A stretch of DNA of 63,965 nt, the filler included, from Craspedostauros australis (taxonomy: Eukaryota), in NCBI GenBank assembly GCA_030167865.1. It is 7 parts of 7 records of this genome, joined end to end, with 100 filler letters (N's around TTAATTAATTAA, not from the genome) between each part and the next. Parts side by side here need not be neighbours in the genome. Positions count along the whole stretch, not along the records: positions 1 to 17,815 come from JALAGF010001020.1; positions 17,916 to 35,710 come from JALAGF010001023.1; 5 more parts are not named here. One strand, given 5' to 3'. This document shows, piece after piece, positions 10,499-19,821 of the stretch. The position numbers were made by a program, and so were the translations under genes. The first letter of the stretch is position 1, and every line of letters starts with the position of its first letter. Below the pieces are notes generated by a model. That model saw only the letters and a list, made by a program, of their open reading frames with translations, was not told where the DNA came from and did not search any database.

Positions 10499-13400
10499 AT
10501 GAGAGACGCATCCGCGTCAGCCTGCGATGCATCGTCGCACATAGATGCGAACACAATACCGGCACAGAGCCCGCTTGCGGGAGGCAGCGATGGTGTTGAC
10601 GATGATCGCTCGCACGCCCCTCAAGGCCTTCACGACGTGTTCCGGCAGCCGTCGTCGAGTAAGAGGAAGAGGACGATAACGTCATCAACACTGCCATCAT
10701 CATCATCGATACGACGAACTGCGCTCCTCCAAAGTTTGTTTTGGCTGGGCCTTGCGCTCACGCATCACAGAATTTGCGTCAACGCGCAGCAGCATCCGCA
10801 ACAGAAAGCAGCGACGCCGATGCAGAGTCGGGCTGTGGCAGGATCACGTGCGCTCGAGCTGGAACCGCCGGTCGATGATGGCGCCGCTACTGCCTTGATC
10901 AACCACGACGATGATGATGATCCAAGCAAGCATGACGATGATGGCGACGATGATGTTGTGGAAAGCGACGTTCCTCGCCGTATGGCGACAAACATGCATG
11001 CAGACCACAACGATGGAACACTGCTACTGCAGGCATCAGATCCTGTGTCGGAGTACGAGCATTACGGCGAATTGAATGCCCAATCTGTGTCGTCGGGTTG
11101 GGAAGACGTGGCGAGTGTGCCAGAAGGCATTCGCGATGACGACGATGAGATTGACGCAGACATCGAGGATGACTGCAACGACAACAGCGATGATGCCAAC
11201 AATGATTGTGGCGCGGATGGTATCGACGACGACGTCATCGTTGTTGTTGCGGTGGATGGGACCGTCGCCGGTCTGTCCAAGACCACTGGCGAACTGCTCT
11301 GGAGTCGCAACGGAAAGCTCACCAAGCAATTGCCCGTTGGTTCCGCTGGATCAGCCACAGCGTCAGCCACGACGAGGCAGCGAGTCAAAGGATTCCATGC
11401 AGCTGCTCAAAGAACACGACCTCACAGCAAGCCAACGGATGGCCAGCAGGCCGGCCGCATCCTCGCCGATCATCACAAAGACGAACGCGGCGACAAGGAT
11501 GGACACAAAGATATCGAATCCGAGAGCCCGATCATGGATCCGCTGCTTTCAACAACGACCACCACTAAGTCATGGTCGAATCAAATGCAGACCTCGGCCG
11601 TGCCAAGCATCGACGGCAGTGTGTACGTCACTGCAGCCGGCGTCACCGTCTACACCGACACGAAGAAGCTTGTGGAGCGCGCACCATTCGCGGACAAACG
11701 AGGCAACTTCTACATCGGCTCAAAGGATTCATCCGCAGCTGCGATTGATGGCGACACGGGCGAGCTCTTGCACGTCGTGTCATCGAGGGGTGATCGTCCT
11801 CCATCCATCCCCAAGGGATCATGGGAAGGTAGGAACGTTGTTTGGATCGGCAGAGTCGATCACACCATCATCATCCAAGAAGCACAGTCGGCCAAGACCG
11901 ATGCTTCATTTTCTGTGGCTGAGATCATGAGCGTCTCGGATATGGTGGTGGACACGGGAACTGAAGCATGGAAGCCTACCAATTGGAGAGGTGGCAGCAA
12001 CGCATCCAGGCGCAGACGGAGGCGACAGGGAGGTCCCGATGCTCCAGACACTCTGACGGTGGATCAACGTGACAGCGATGGGCTCGAACGTCAGCGTCAA
12101 CAGCAGCAACGAGACCGGCAGCTTGGATTGCCGATGGGTGGTAGTTCACGGGGTGCCAATCTCGGTGGCAACGATGAAAGCAAGGCCGGCACCGACATCA
12201 CAGATGGAAGCATGGATTCGCATGGACGGGACAATCCACAACAGCAACAACATGAGAACGCAGAAGAAGAAGAAGACCAGCAGCGCTCGTCTTTGATCTC
12301 CACTCCGAACGGCAACTTGGGCTTCCGCAACATCCGTAGCGGCGAGGTCGACTGGGTCACATGCGAAGCATTTGCGACGCCGGTCGTGTTTGCGATTGAT
12401 TCCGCCACCGGATCACCAATCGACGTCGATATGGTCCAGGATGTGCCGATCCAGAATTCATCTCCCGACTACATGGCCAACCAACTAGGACTGCAATGGG
12501 AAAGCGCCAACATCCGTGACAACTCTGAGGAGCACACTATAGTGGCCGCCATGAAGAATGGTCAGCTATTCGCATTGCCGTTGGGCAAGGCCCAGCAGCC
12601 GATCCGGCAATCATTGGCCGCTCCATCTGTGCCACAATTCGAAACGGCGAAACCACATGAACAGCAGCAACAACAGCAACAACAGCAGCAACAGCACTAC
12701 CACCATCACCAGCATCAAAAGATGCTCACAGACGGACGCGCGCCTCCTCCGAAAACGCCGAACGAAGAGACAAGCGCCGTGGCCCAACGGAACGAAGCAT
12801 TGCCGAAACACGGCCGGAAGAGTGACGTGAACGTCTACCATGGCACCGACCGAAGCAAAGACGATATCTGGCCGCACGGCCATGCCAAGAACGGAAACAA
12901 TGGAATCAGCCGGAGCAATAACGCAGGCAAGGGTACCGGCGCAACAGCGAGTGCTGCCGCAAGCGCTACTGCCGGCGTCGGTACAAATGCCAATGCAAAT
13001 GCAAATACGAACATCAACGCCAACACTCAACATGTGATGACGAAAATCCATCATTTGGGAAGTCGCCACACCGGGCGGGCACTGCCAGATATGCGACACC
13101 ATGGAGCGGCATCATCAGATCGAACCAACGGCAACAAGAACAGAGCGTGTCATTCAGGCTCATCCAATTTCCCTGCCTGCCTTGTCGGCACGGAGCACGG
13201 ATACGAAGTGTTTGCTAGAGATCCTGAAGGCACCTTCCTGTCGGAGACAGCACCCGGAACTCCAAGCGCACTGGTGTTGGCAGATCCGAACTCTCAGGGC
13301 GCTTTGATACACTACGAACCAACCGCGGAGAACAAGATCATCTCGCATGATAGTCAGGTGACGGACAGGTCGTTCAATCAAAACCGCCACTCCAACGGTC

Positions 13401-16400
13401 ACTCATTCAATCAAAACGGATACGATCAGCAGCACGGTTATCGTCCGTATCCCCAGCAGCAGCAAAGCCATCCTCATTTGCAGCAGAACAACCAGAATCA
13501 TCAATATCATCACCAAGCACAGCAGCAATATCATCCACCACAACATCTGCATCAACATGGGCATGGGAACGGGCTCGGGCACGGGCAGCACCCATGGCAG
13601 TACCAACAACAGCAGCATCACCATCAGCAGCAACAGATCTACCAGCAGCAGCAATATCAATCACATCAGCTGCAACGTGACAGTCACACTCATCTGGACC
13701 AAGAGCAGTACCAGCATCAGGTTTTTGGAAAGGCAGACAAGCGATCGTCATATCAACGCTTCGAGAAGCTCATGGGCCATTGGATTGCGCCGACGATCGT
13801 CATTATCTTCGTCATGTCGTTCGAGCTTGGGCGTAGGCGACGTCAAAAGGAGATGGATAATGAAAAGAAATTGGATCTGAAGTCCGCAGAACTCCAACAA
13901 CTGGATGGAAAATGGTCGCGGTCCATTGATGTACAGCATGAGCAGCAGCAGCAGCAGGAGCAACAACATCAGCACCGTGGACTGCAGCAGCCTCAACAAC
14001 AGCAGCACTTCATCCAGGTCAGCGACGAGGTGCTTGGCTTCGGCGGGCAAGGCACGGTCGTGTACAAGGGGATGCTGGAGGGTCGCAACGTTGCTGTGAA
14101 ACGAATGCTCAAAGCATACACAGCAAGCGCGGACAGAGAGATTTCGCTCCTCATCGAGAGTGACGGTCATCCCAACGTTGTGCGGTACTTCCTGAAGGAA
14201 GTTCGTGGCGACTTCGTCTACTTGGCGTTGGAGCTTTGCAATATGTCACTCCACGAGCTGATCGGAACGTTGCGTAGCACTCAGCAGCAGCAGCAACAAC
14301 AACAACAACAACAACTAGCGCAGAGCAATCTATCCAGCGCTCCGACGATAATTCACCCTGCTGTCAAGCGCGTACTGCAGCAGATTGCGAACGGAGTGAA
14401 GCACATTCATTCCCTCCGCATCGTCCATCGTGACTTGAAGCCAGCAAACATCCTGCTGGCGTTGTCGGGTCAGAAGGCAGCATCCACCACACAGGGCGGA
14501 AAGGGTCAAGACGCAGACCAAGAACTTGCGGGTGGCGGCCCGGCCAACTCCACGGTGGATGACGAGAGGGCAAAGATATGCAACGCTTTCACTGAATTGA
14601 AGTACGTGGCCAAGATCTCGGACATGGGACTTGGCAAGCAGCTCGTAGGCCAAAGCAGCTTTGGTGTCAGCACCATGGCAGATTCCTCCTTGCGAGGGCA
14701 GCCGAAGGGCGGTGCCAGCTTGGTAGGCATTGGGCCGGGTAGCGTGGGTTGGCAGGCTCCCGAAGTGATGGCGCAACGCTGGACGTCCGATTGCTCCATG
14801 AAGTCTGAAAGCAACAACAACAACAACAACAACACCACTAGCAACAGCAACAGCAAAAATACTGCCATCTCGAACACGGGGGATGGCAAGATTGGTTCGA
14901 ATGTTGCTAGGAGACCGAACAATGACCGGAGCTCGGGCTCGTTGGTGGAAGTGTCGCCGATGGAGTTCGCTGCAAGTTCCAGAACGAGCCGATCCGTTGA
15001 CATATTCTCGCTTGGTTGCATCTTCCATTCAACGCTGATTCCGGGATGCCATCCGTTCGGAGAGTGGTTCGAACGCGAGGCGAACATCATGCACAACCGG
15101 CCTGACACCGAGGCTCTGTCGCAAACGTCAGTCGACGCGCATGATCTCGTAAAGAGCATGATTGCGCGAAACCCCAAACTCCGACCGTCAGCACAGCAGA
15201 TCTGCGAGCATCCCTTCTTCTGGTCGGTGATCAAACGATTGGCATTTCTCTGTGACTTGTCGGACAGAGTGGAGGCGGACATCACGATGGGCAAGGTGGC
15301 CAGTCCAAAGTCGTCACCAGCGTTCGTCGACAATCCGTTGGTGTTGGAAAGGGGTGCAGTCGATGTTGTAGGCACCGCTTGGGATGCGGTGCTTGATCAA
15401 GCGCTCATCACGAACGTCCAGCGTTTCCGCACGTACGATCCGTCTTCCGTGCGTGATCTGCTCCGGTTGATTCGGAACAAGCACCACCATTTCGACGAAC
15501 TGCCCTCAGAGTTCAGGGATCAGCTACAGGAATCGGATGGTGGTCTTTTGGGGTATTTCGAGGCACTGTTCCCGAAGCTCTTCATGCATTGCTACGGCAT
15601 CTGCCGTCAGCTGTTGACGCTGGATGATCCCTTAGCGGCCAAGTACGCCGTGATCATCCCCAGACGCTCCAAGTCCAGGCGTGCTGGACGCATAGCGAAA
15701 GGATCGGACGTCCAACGTCGCGACCAACGCCGCCAGCAGCGACCGCGAGCCCAATCGCGAGAACTGTCTCCATCCATGCCTCCGCGTGTGCTGAAAGTCG
15801 CCAGAAGCAACGGAGCGGCAGATGGCAGTACTCATGATGCCATCACAGACGCGGAGACGTCCCTCAAGGTCAGCAACCACAGCTCAATTGTTGTCATTCC
15901 CGCGCAGAATCCCGTTGGTGGCAACAGTGTTGATTCCGGCGATTCGGTCGTTGCCGCACTCAGCAACACCGAAGAAGAATCACTGGCAGGTGACGCTGAG
16001 GACAGGCTAGCGATTCTGTCGCAAAGCAACTACAGCTCCGATCCTGAAACTGACATCGAGACAAATGCTGACCTCGACATTGGCCTTGACGGTGAGGTCT
16101 GCGTAGATGTCGGCATCGATTTCGACACCAGTACCGATGCTGACGAAGATGCCGGCATAGGCGTAGGCGTTGACTTGGATTGCATTGCCGATGCGTTGAA
16201 CGCCGACACGGATCATCTCATCGAGAACATCGGCACTGGCAACGGCAACACAGATGATGGCGATAACAACAACATGTACGCGCTCATCGACGAGGAATGC
16301 CAGACCAAGAACATGGAGCCCGAAGTACCCTTGCAAGATGCAGGTGGAGGTTCTGACACTGACGTTGACGTGGCAGCGGTCGCACTTGAAAAGAAGCTCT

Positions 16401-17215
16401 TTGAGCACCACGTGCAACAGCATCACCCGCGACCTTTGGCATTGTCGCAATCCCAAAACGAGAGTCATGGCAGTGCCCATCACGACAACAATGACCACGA
16501 CGAGGACCGCGGTGGTATTGGCATTGGCAATGACGATGATAGAATTGATGATGACATTGATGATGCTGATGACATTCGGCCCGGCCCAGCAGCTCTGGCT
16601 GATGTTGGTGACATCATTATTTGGGAAGGGAGCACTGCTGCCAAGACCTACAATTGCAGAGGATGGATCCGTTCTGACGAGGAATGGAGTCGACGGGCCG
16701 ACCAAACACCGCGCAAGCGCGATCCCACCTTGGTGAGATGTGCCGACGATCCCAAATTCCGCACCAGGCTTTGCAATCACTGGGATGTGAGCTTGGGTAC
16801 CTTTTGTCCCATGAGACGGAAGAACAAGTGCGTTTTTGCTCACGGTCCGGTCGAGCTCCGTGTGAAGGAGCCTAAACGTGGCCGATGGGGTAAGCTGGTG
16901 GACAAGAATGGCAACAACTCCAACCCGTGGCACTCTGGCGGTGAAGACACGTACGGCGCGGCTCGATCCATTGAGGCCATGCGCAAGGAGGAAGGAAAGT
17001 GGAATACGGGCAAGAAGGGCGGTTCATCATCCGGCGGCAACGTGGGACGGGGCAAAAAGTCCAACCAGAAGAACAGCCGAAAGGGCGGAAACAACAACCC
17101 CAACGGTGCTGGTGGCAAGGGCGGGAGCAGCGGCAGCGCGAAGAAGAGCCAGACCCCTGCGGCTCCGAAGAACGAAAGAAGGCGAGCCGCCCAAGCACCC
17201 GCCAAATCAGATTGA
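10499..17215 (+). CDS. IRE1: IRE1 ER-stress sensor kinase/endoribonuclease with an additional C-terminal CCCH zinc finger; 2238 aa, apparently intronless
   Basis: Luminal motifs VDGTVAGLSKTTGELLW, VPSIDGSVY, LVERAPF and IGRVDHTI. TM helix WIAPTIVIIFVMSFELG (~13781-13831). Kinase (~14009-15223) with LGFGGQGTVV, VAVKRML, ESDGHPNVVRYF, HRDLKPANIL, SDMGLGK and GSVGWQAPE. KEN RNase motif YDPSSVRDLLRLIRNKHHHF. CCCH finger KFRTRLC..C..CVFAHG at ~16754-16861. Confidence 0.95.
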   Translation: MRDASASACDASSHIDANTIPAQSPLAGGSDGVDDDRSHAPQGLHDVFRQPSSSKRKRTITSSTLPSSSSIRRTALLQSLFWLGLALTHHRICVNAQQHPQQKAATPMQSRAVAGSRALELEPPVDDGAATALINHDDDDDPSKHDDDGDDDVVESDVPRRMATNMHADHNDGTLLLQASDPVSEYEHYGELNAQSVSSGWEDVASVPEGIRDDDDEIDADIEDDCNDNSDDANNDCGADGIDDDVIVVVAVDGTVAGLSKTTGELLWSRNGKLTKQLPVGSAGSATASATTRQRVKGFHAAAQRTRPHSKPTDGQQAGRILADHHKDERGDKDGHKDIESESPIMDPLLSTTTTTKSWSNQMQTSAVPSIDGSVYVTAAGVTVYTDTKKLVERAPFADKRGNFYIGSKDSSAAAIDGDTGELLHVVSSRGDRPPSIPKGSWEGRNVVWIGRVDHTIIIQEAQSAKTDASFSVAEIMSVSDMVVDTGTEAWKPTNWRGGSNASRRRRRRQGGPDAPDTLTVDQRDSDGLERQRQQQQRDRQLGLPMGGSSRGANLGGNDESKAGTDITDGSMDSHGRDNPQQQQHENAEEEEDQQRSSLISTPNGNLGFRNIRSGEVDWVTCEAFATPVVFAIDSATGSPIDVDMVQDVPIQNSSPDYMANQLGLQWESANIRDNSEEHTIVAAMKNGQLFALPLGKAQQPIRQSLAAPSVPQFETAKPHEQQQQQQQQQQQHYHHHQHQKMLTDGRAPPPKTPNEETSAVAQRNEALPKHGRKSDVNVYHGTDRSKDDIWPHGHAKNGNNGISRSNNAGKGTGATASAAASATAGVGTNANANANTNINANTQHVMTKIHHLGSRHTGRALPDMRHHGAASSDRTNGNKNRACHSGSSNFPACLVGTEHGYEVFARDPEGTFLSETAPGTPSALVLADPNSQGALIHYEPTAENKIISHDSQVTDRSFNQNRHSNGHSFNQNGYDQQHGYRPYPQQQQSHPHLQQNNQNHQYHHQAQQQYHPPQHLHQHGHGNGLGHGQHPWQYQQQQHHHQQQQIYQQQQYQSHQLQRDSHTHLDQEQYQHQVFGKADKRSSYQRFEKLMGHWIAPTIVIIFVMSFELGRRRRQKEMDNEKKLDLKSAELQQLDGKWSRSIDVQHEQQQQQEQQHQHRGLQQPQQQQHFIQVSDEVLGFGGQGTVVYKGMLEGRNVAVKRMLKAYTASADREISLLIESDGHPNVVRYFLKEVRGDFVYLALELCNMSLHELIGTLRSTQQQQQQQQQQQLAQSNLSSAPTIIHPAVKRVLQQIANGVKHIHSLRIVHRDLKPANILLALSGQKAASTTQGGKGQDADQELAGGGPANSTVDDERAKICNAFTELKYVAKISDMGLGKQLVGQSSFGVSTMADSSLRGQPKGGASLVGIGPGSVGWQAPEVMAQRWTSDCSMKSESNNNNNNNTTSNSNSKNTAISNTGDGKIGSNVARRPNNDRSSGSLVEVSPMEFAASSRTSRSVDIFSLGCIFHSTLIPGCHPFGEWFEREANIMHNRPDTEALSQTSVDAHDLVKSMIARNPKLRPSAQQICEHPFFWSVIKRLAFLCDLSDRVEADITMGKVASPKSSPAFVDNPLVLERGAVDVVGTAWDAVLDQALITNVQRFRTYDPSSVRDLLRLIRNKHHHFDELPSEFRDQLQESDGGLLGYFEALFPKLFMHCYGICRQLLTLDDPLAAKYAVIIPRRSKSRRAGRIAKGSDVQRRDQRRQQRPRAQSRELSPSMPPRVLKVARSNGAADGSTHDAITDAETSLKVSNHSSIVVIPAQNPVGGNSVDSGDSVVAALSNTEEESLAGDAEDRLAILSQSNYSSDPETDIETNADLDIGLDGEVCVDVGIDFDTSTDADEDAGIGVGVDLDCIADALNADTDHLIENIGTGNGNTDDGDNNNMYALIDEECQTKNMEPEVPLQDAGGGSDTDVDVAAVALEKKLFEHHVQQHHPRPLALSQSQNESHGSAHHDNNDHDEDRGGIGIGNDDDRIDDDIDDADDIRPGPAALADVGDIIIWEGSTAAKTYNCRGWIRSDEEWSRRADQTPRKRDPTLVRCADDPKFRTRLCNHWDVSLGTFCPMRRKNKCVFAHGPVELRVKEPKRGRWGKLVDKNGNNSNPWHSGGEDTYGAARSIEAMRKEEGKWNTGKKGGSSSGGNVGRGKKSNQKNSRKGGNNNPNGAGGKGGSSGSAKKSQTPAAPKNERRRAAQAPAKSD

Positions 17216-17815
17216 TTTGTGGGGACGTCGAATAGAGCAATGTAAAATGGCAAATCTTCACTCCTCACGTCTCCAAGTTCCCATTCTTGCCCCTTGGCTG
17301 CCTGTCTCTTGCTCAATACGAGCCAGAGTTACTGAATGGCTGAGATGCTACTGGTGGCATGGGAAAGGGTGCTGGACTGAAGCCCGATACGAATAGCACG
17401 TGCTCCGGAGATTCGATACGGCGGATGCTTGTGAGCTTGTAACCAAGAGCGCGCGTCCTCGACGATCTCTGGAGGACCAGATCGGCCAAAGGAGCAATGG
17501 AGTAATGTGATGCCATAGCTCGTAAAAGGGCACCGCACAGCAACGAAGTTTGAAATCGACACACTTGTAACGCGTACGCGCATTCATAAAATATGAGCCC
17601 GATCAGTGAGTCGACCAACACTTTGAAATAGACATTCTAACTTTTCATCTGCGATATCCAAACCAAGCACATATTCGTAATCCTTATAGTCTCTTTATAC
17701 ATAATTAACCGTTACATTTTTTGTTAGATCATTATTTTAAGTTTTATGGAGTGATCTATGTATGCAAAGCAGTCACATGGGTCCAACAGCACAAAACCCG
17801 TTGTTGTTGGCAGAA

Positions 17816-17915
17816 NNNNNNNNNNNNNNNNNNNNNNNNNNNNNNNNNNNNNNNNNNNNTTAATTAATTAANNNNNNNNNNNNNNNNNNNNNNNNNNNNN
17901 NNNNNNNNNNNNNNN
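17816..17915. other. Artificial contig spacer (44N + TTAATTAATTAA + 44N)
   Basis: Identical 100-bp structure with six-frame stops occurs six times in the window. Confidence 0.98.
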
Positions 17916-19611
17916 GCCAGCAGCCAGAGATGGCTGTTGGCGACGACGAGCAGAGAGGAGGTCCAAAGGAACAAACAGAGAATAGATCTGAAATGAGGAT
18001 GAGGCCGCAATAAGAGTAGGCATATGGAGGGAAGGCAGTGTGTGCTGATTGGGACATGGACAAAGCTCAACGTCACGGAACATAAACGGTAGCAGAACCG
18101 AGAACAAGACAGTGTGAAAGTCAAGCTGGGGGTCAAGATCTGGATCACCCACTAACCCACAACTCTGAATTTTGACAACTGATCCATGGCCCAGATGAAT
18201 CAGCATCCTTGGCATGCCTACCGCTGCCACGCAATCCTCAACATTTCTTCGAAATCAACCGCCTCACCAACGCGAAATGTGAGTGTGTCGATGATGGGCA
18301 CGACTGGATATCAAATTGAAGCACGACTGGAGTTTCCAAACAAAATTGCACGTTGACATCCGTATGCCCAACGTGTCTAGACATAGACTAATGCGAAAAA
18401 TATAAACTTTTTAACTACAAGGATCAGGAGCTTGTTACTTCACACATATACTCTCTACAATATTTTAGGATGAACGAAGTCCTCAAACTAAAAATCGGCA
18501 CGATAATACCTTTGTATCCTGAATGGGGTCCTACACGACAGGATAAGTACCGTGTGCTGGCGCATGTAGTTCGAGCAATTGTAAGTATGGGCACAGGGAC
18601 AATGGCGATGGTGTGGTGGGGATAGAAATGAGAACAGCGCAATCATCGTGGACCAACAAGCATGCACGAACAAAACACAACGAAGCACAACACGACACCA
18701 AACTCGACGCATCACGAACACAGGTGCAACAGACACACAAAGAGAGGGAGAAAGAGCGAAGGAGGAAGGAAATGGCACGGACAGATACGCGGCCTGTGCA
18801 AGTGTACTAATAGTCGTACGTATCGCCGACCAGAGAGAGGGAGAGAGGGACGAGCGGATTGATCGCAGAGAGCGGTGACAGAGAGAAAACGTCAACGAAC
18901 AGGGTAGGTTGTCTTGGTTTGGGGACGTCGTGAGAGGAGGCAGCATAGACCAGAGGAGACAGAAACCTCTGCCTCCGTGACAAAAGGCACAAGTGGACCG
19001 TGCCGAGCACGAAGCACGAAGGAAGGAATGGAAGAGAAGGAAGGAACAACGAGAGATCGACCAGAAGCGAAAGTGTGCATCCGAGTCCATCACCACATCT
19101 GTGTCTGCGAGAGCAAATGCGCGGCTGTGAACTCGGGACGTGCATACTCTACTCGTAGTCGTATTGGTAGGTAGTGTTGGTGGCCAGCAGTACGACTAGT
19201 ATTGGTGTTCTCCGTTGGCACTTCTGGACGCTCCAACAACAGCGCTCTGGCACAACACTTGCAACAAGGGAGCAAAGGAGCAAAGGAGCAACAACGAAGG
19301 CCGAGACAGAGAACAGATCGATCGCATCCACGCATTTGTGCAATCGGCAGAGGCAGTCTGCTGGAGTAGTCTGCTGGAGCAGCGTGCCGCAGAGGGAAAG
19401 AACATACGATCGCAAGGGTCTGCATCAATAGCTCGGACCATTAGAAGGCATCAGCAGAGCGAAAACGGAGCCAAAGCAACTGACACTGGCACGACCTATT
19501 GTTATTATAGTAGTCTATACCACACAACAAAGGAACAGCCATTCAACATAAAGCATACGGCACAAAGCATACAGCACAAAAGACGTGCACAATTGGAAAG
19601 ACCAACATCCC

Positions 19612-19752
19612 TACGACCTCCTTGCGACCTCCTTACGACCTCCCATAGATCGTACACAGCTCGTACACAGCTCGTACACAGCTTGTGCGATAGTCGTTCA
19701 AGTCCCAAGCAACTTCCTGACGACTTCCAAACGACTTCCAAACGACTTCCAA
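19612..19752 (+). repeat. Three consecutive 11-bp x3 tandem arrays: TRCGACCTCCY (19612-19644), TCGTACACAGC (19650-19682) and ACGACTTCCAA (19720-19752)
   Basis: Read directly; they lie 70-210 bp upstream of the ATG at 19822. Confidence 0.9.
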
Positions 19753-19821
19753 GCAAGCTCCGGCTGTGGCTGTGTCAATCAGAGGAGAGATCGCTGGAGC
19801 GAGAGATCAGGAGAGGCCATC

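Noticed and set aside
19612..19752. Possible mini-CRISPR
   Set aside because: Units are 11 bp and directly adjacent with no spacers. There are no cas genes and the context is eukaryotic.
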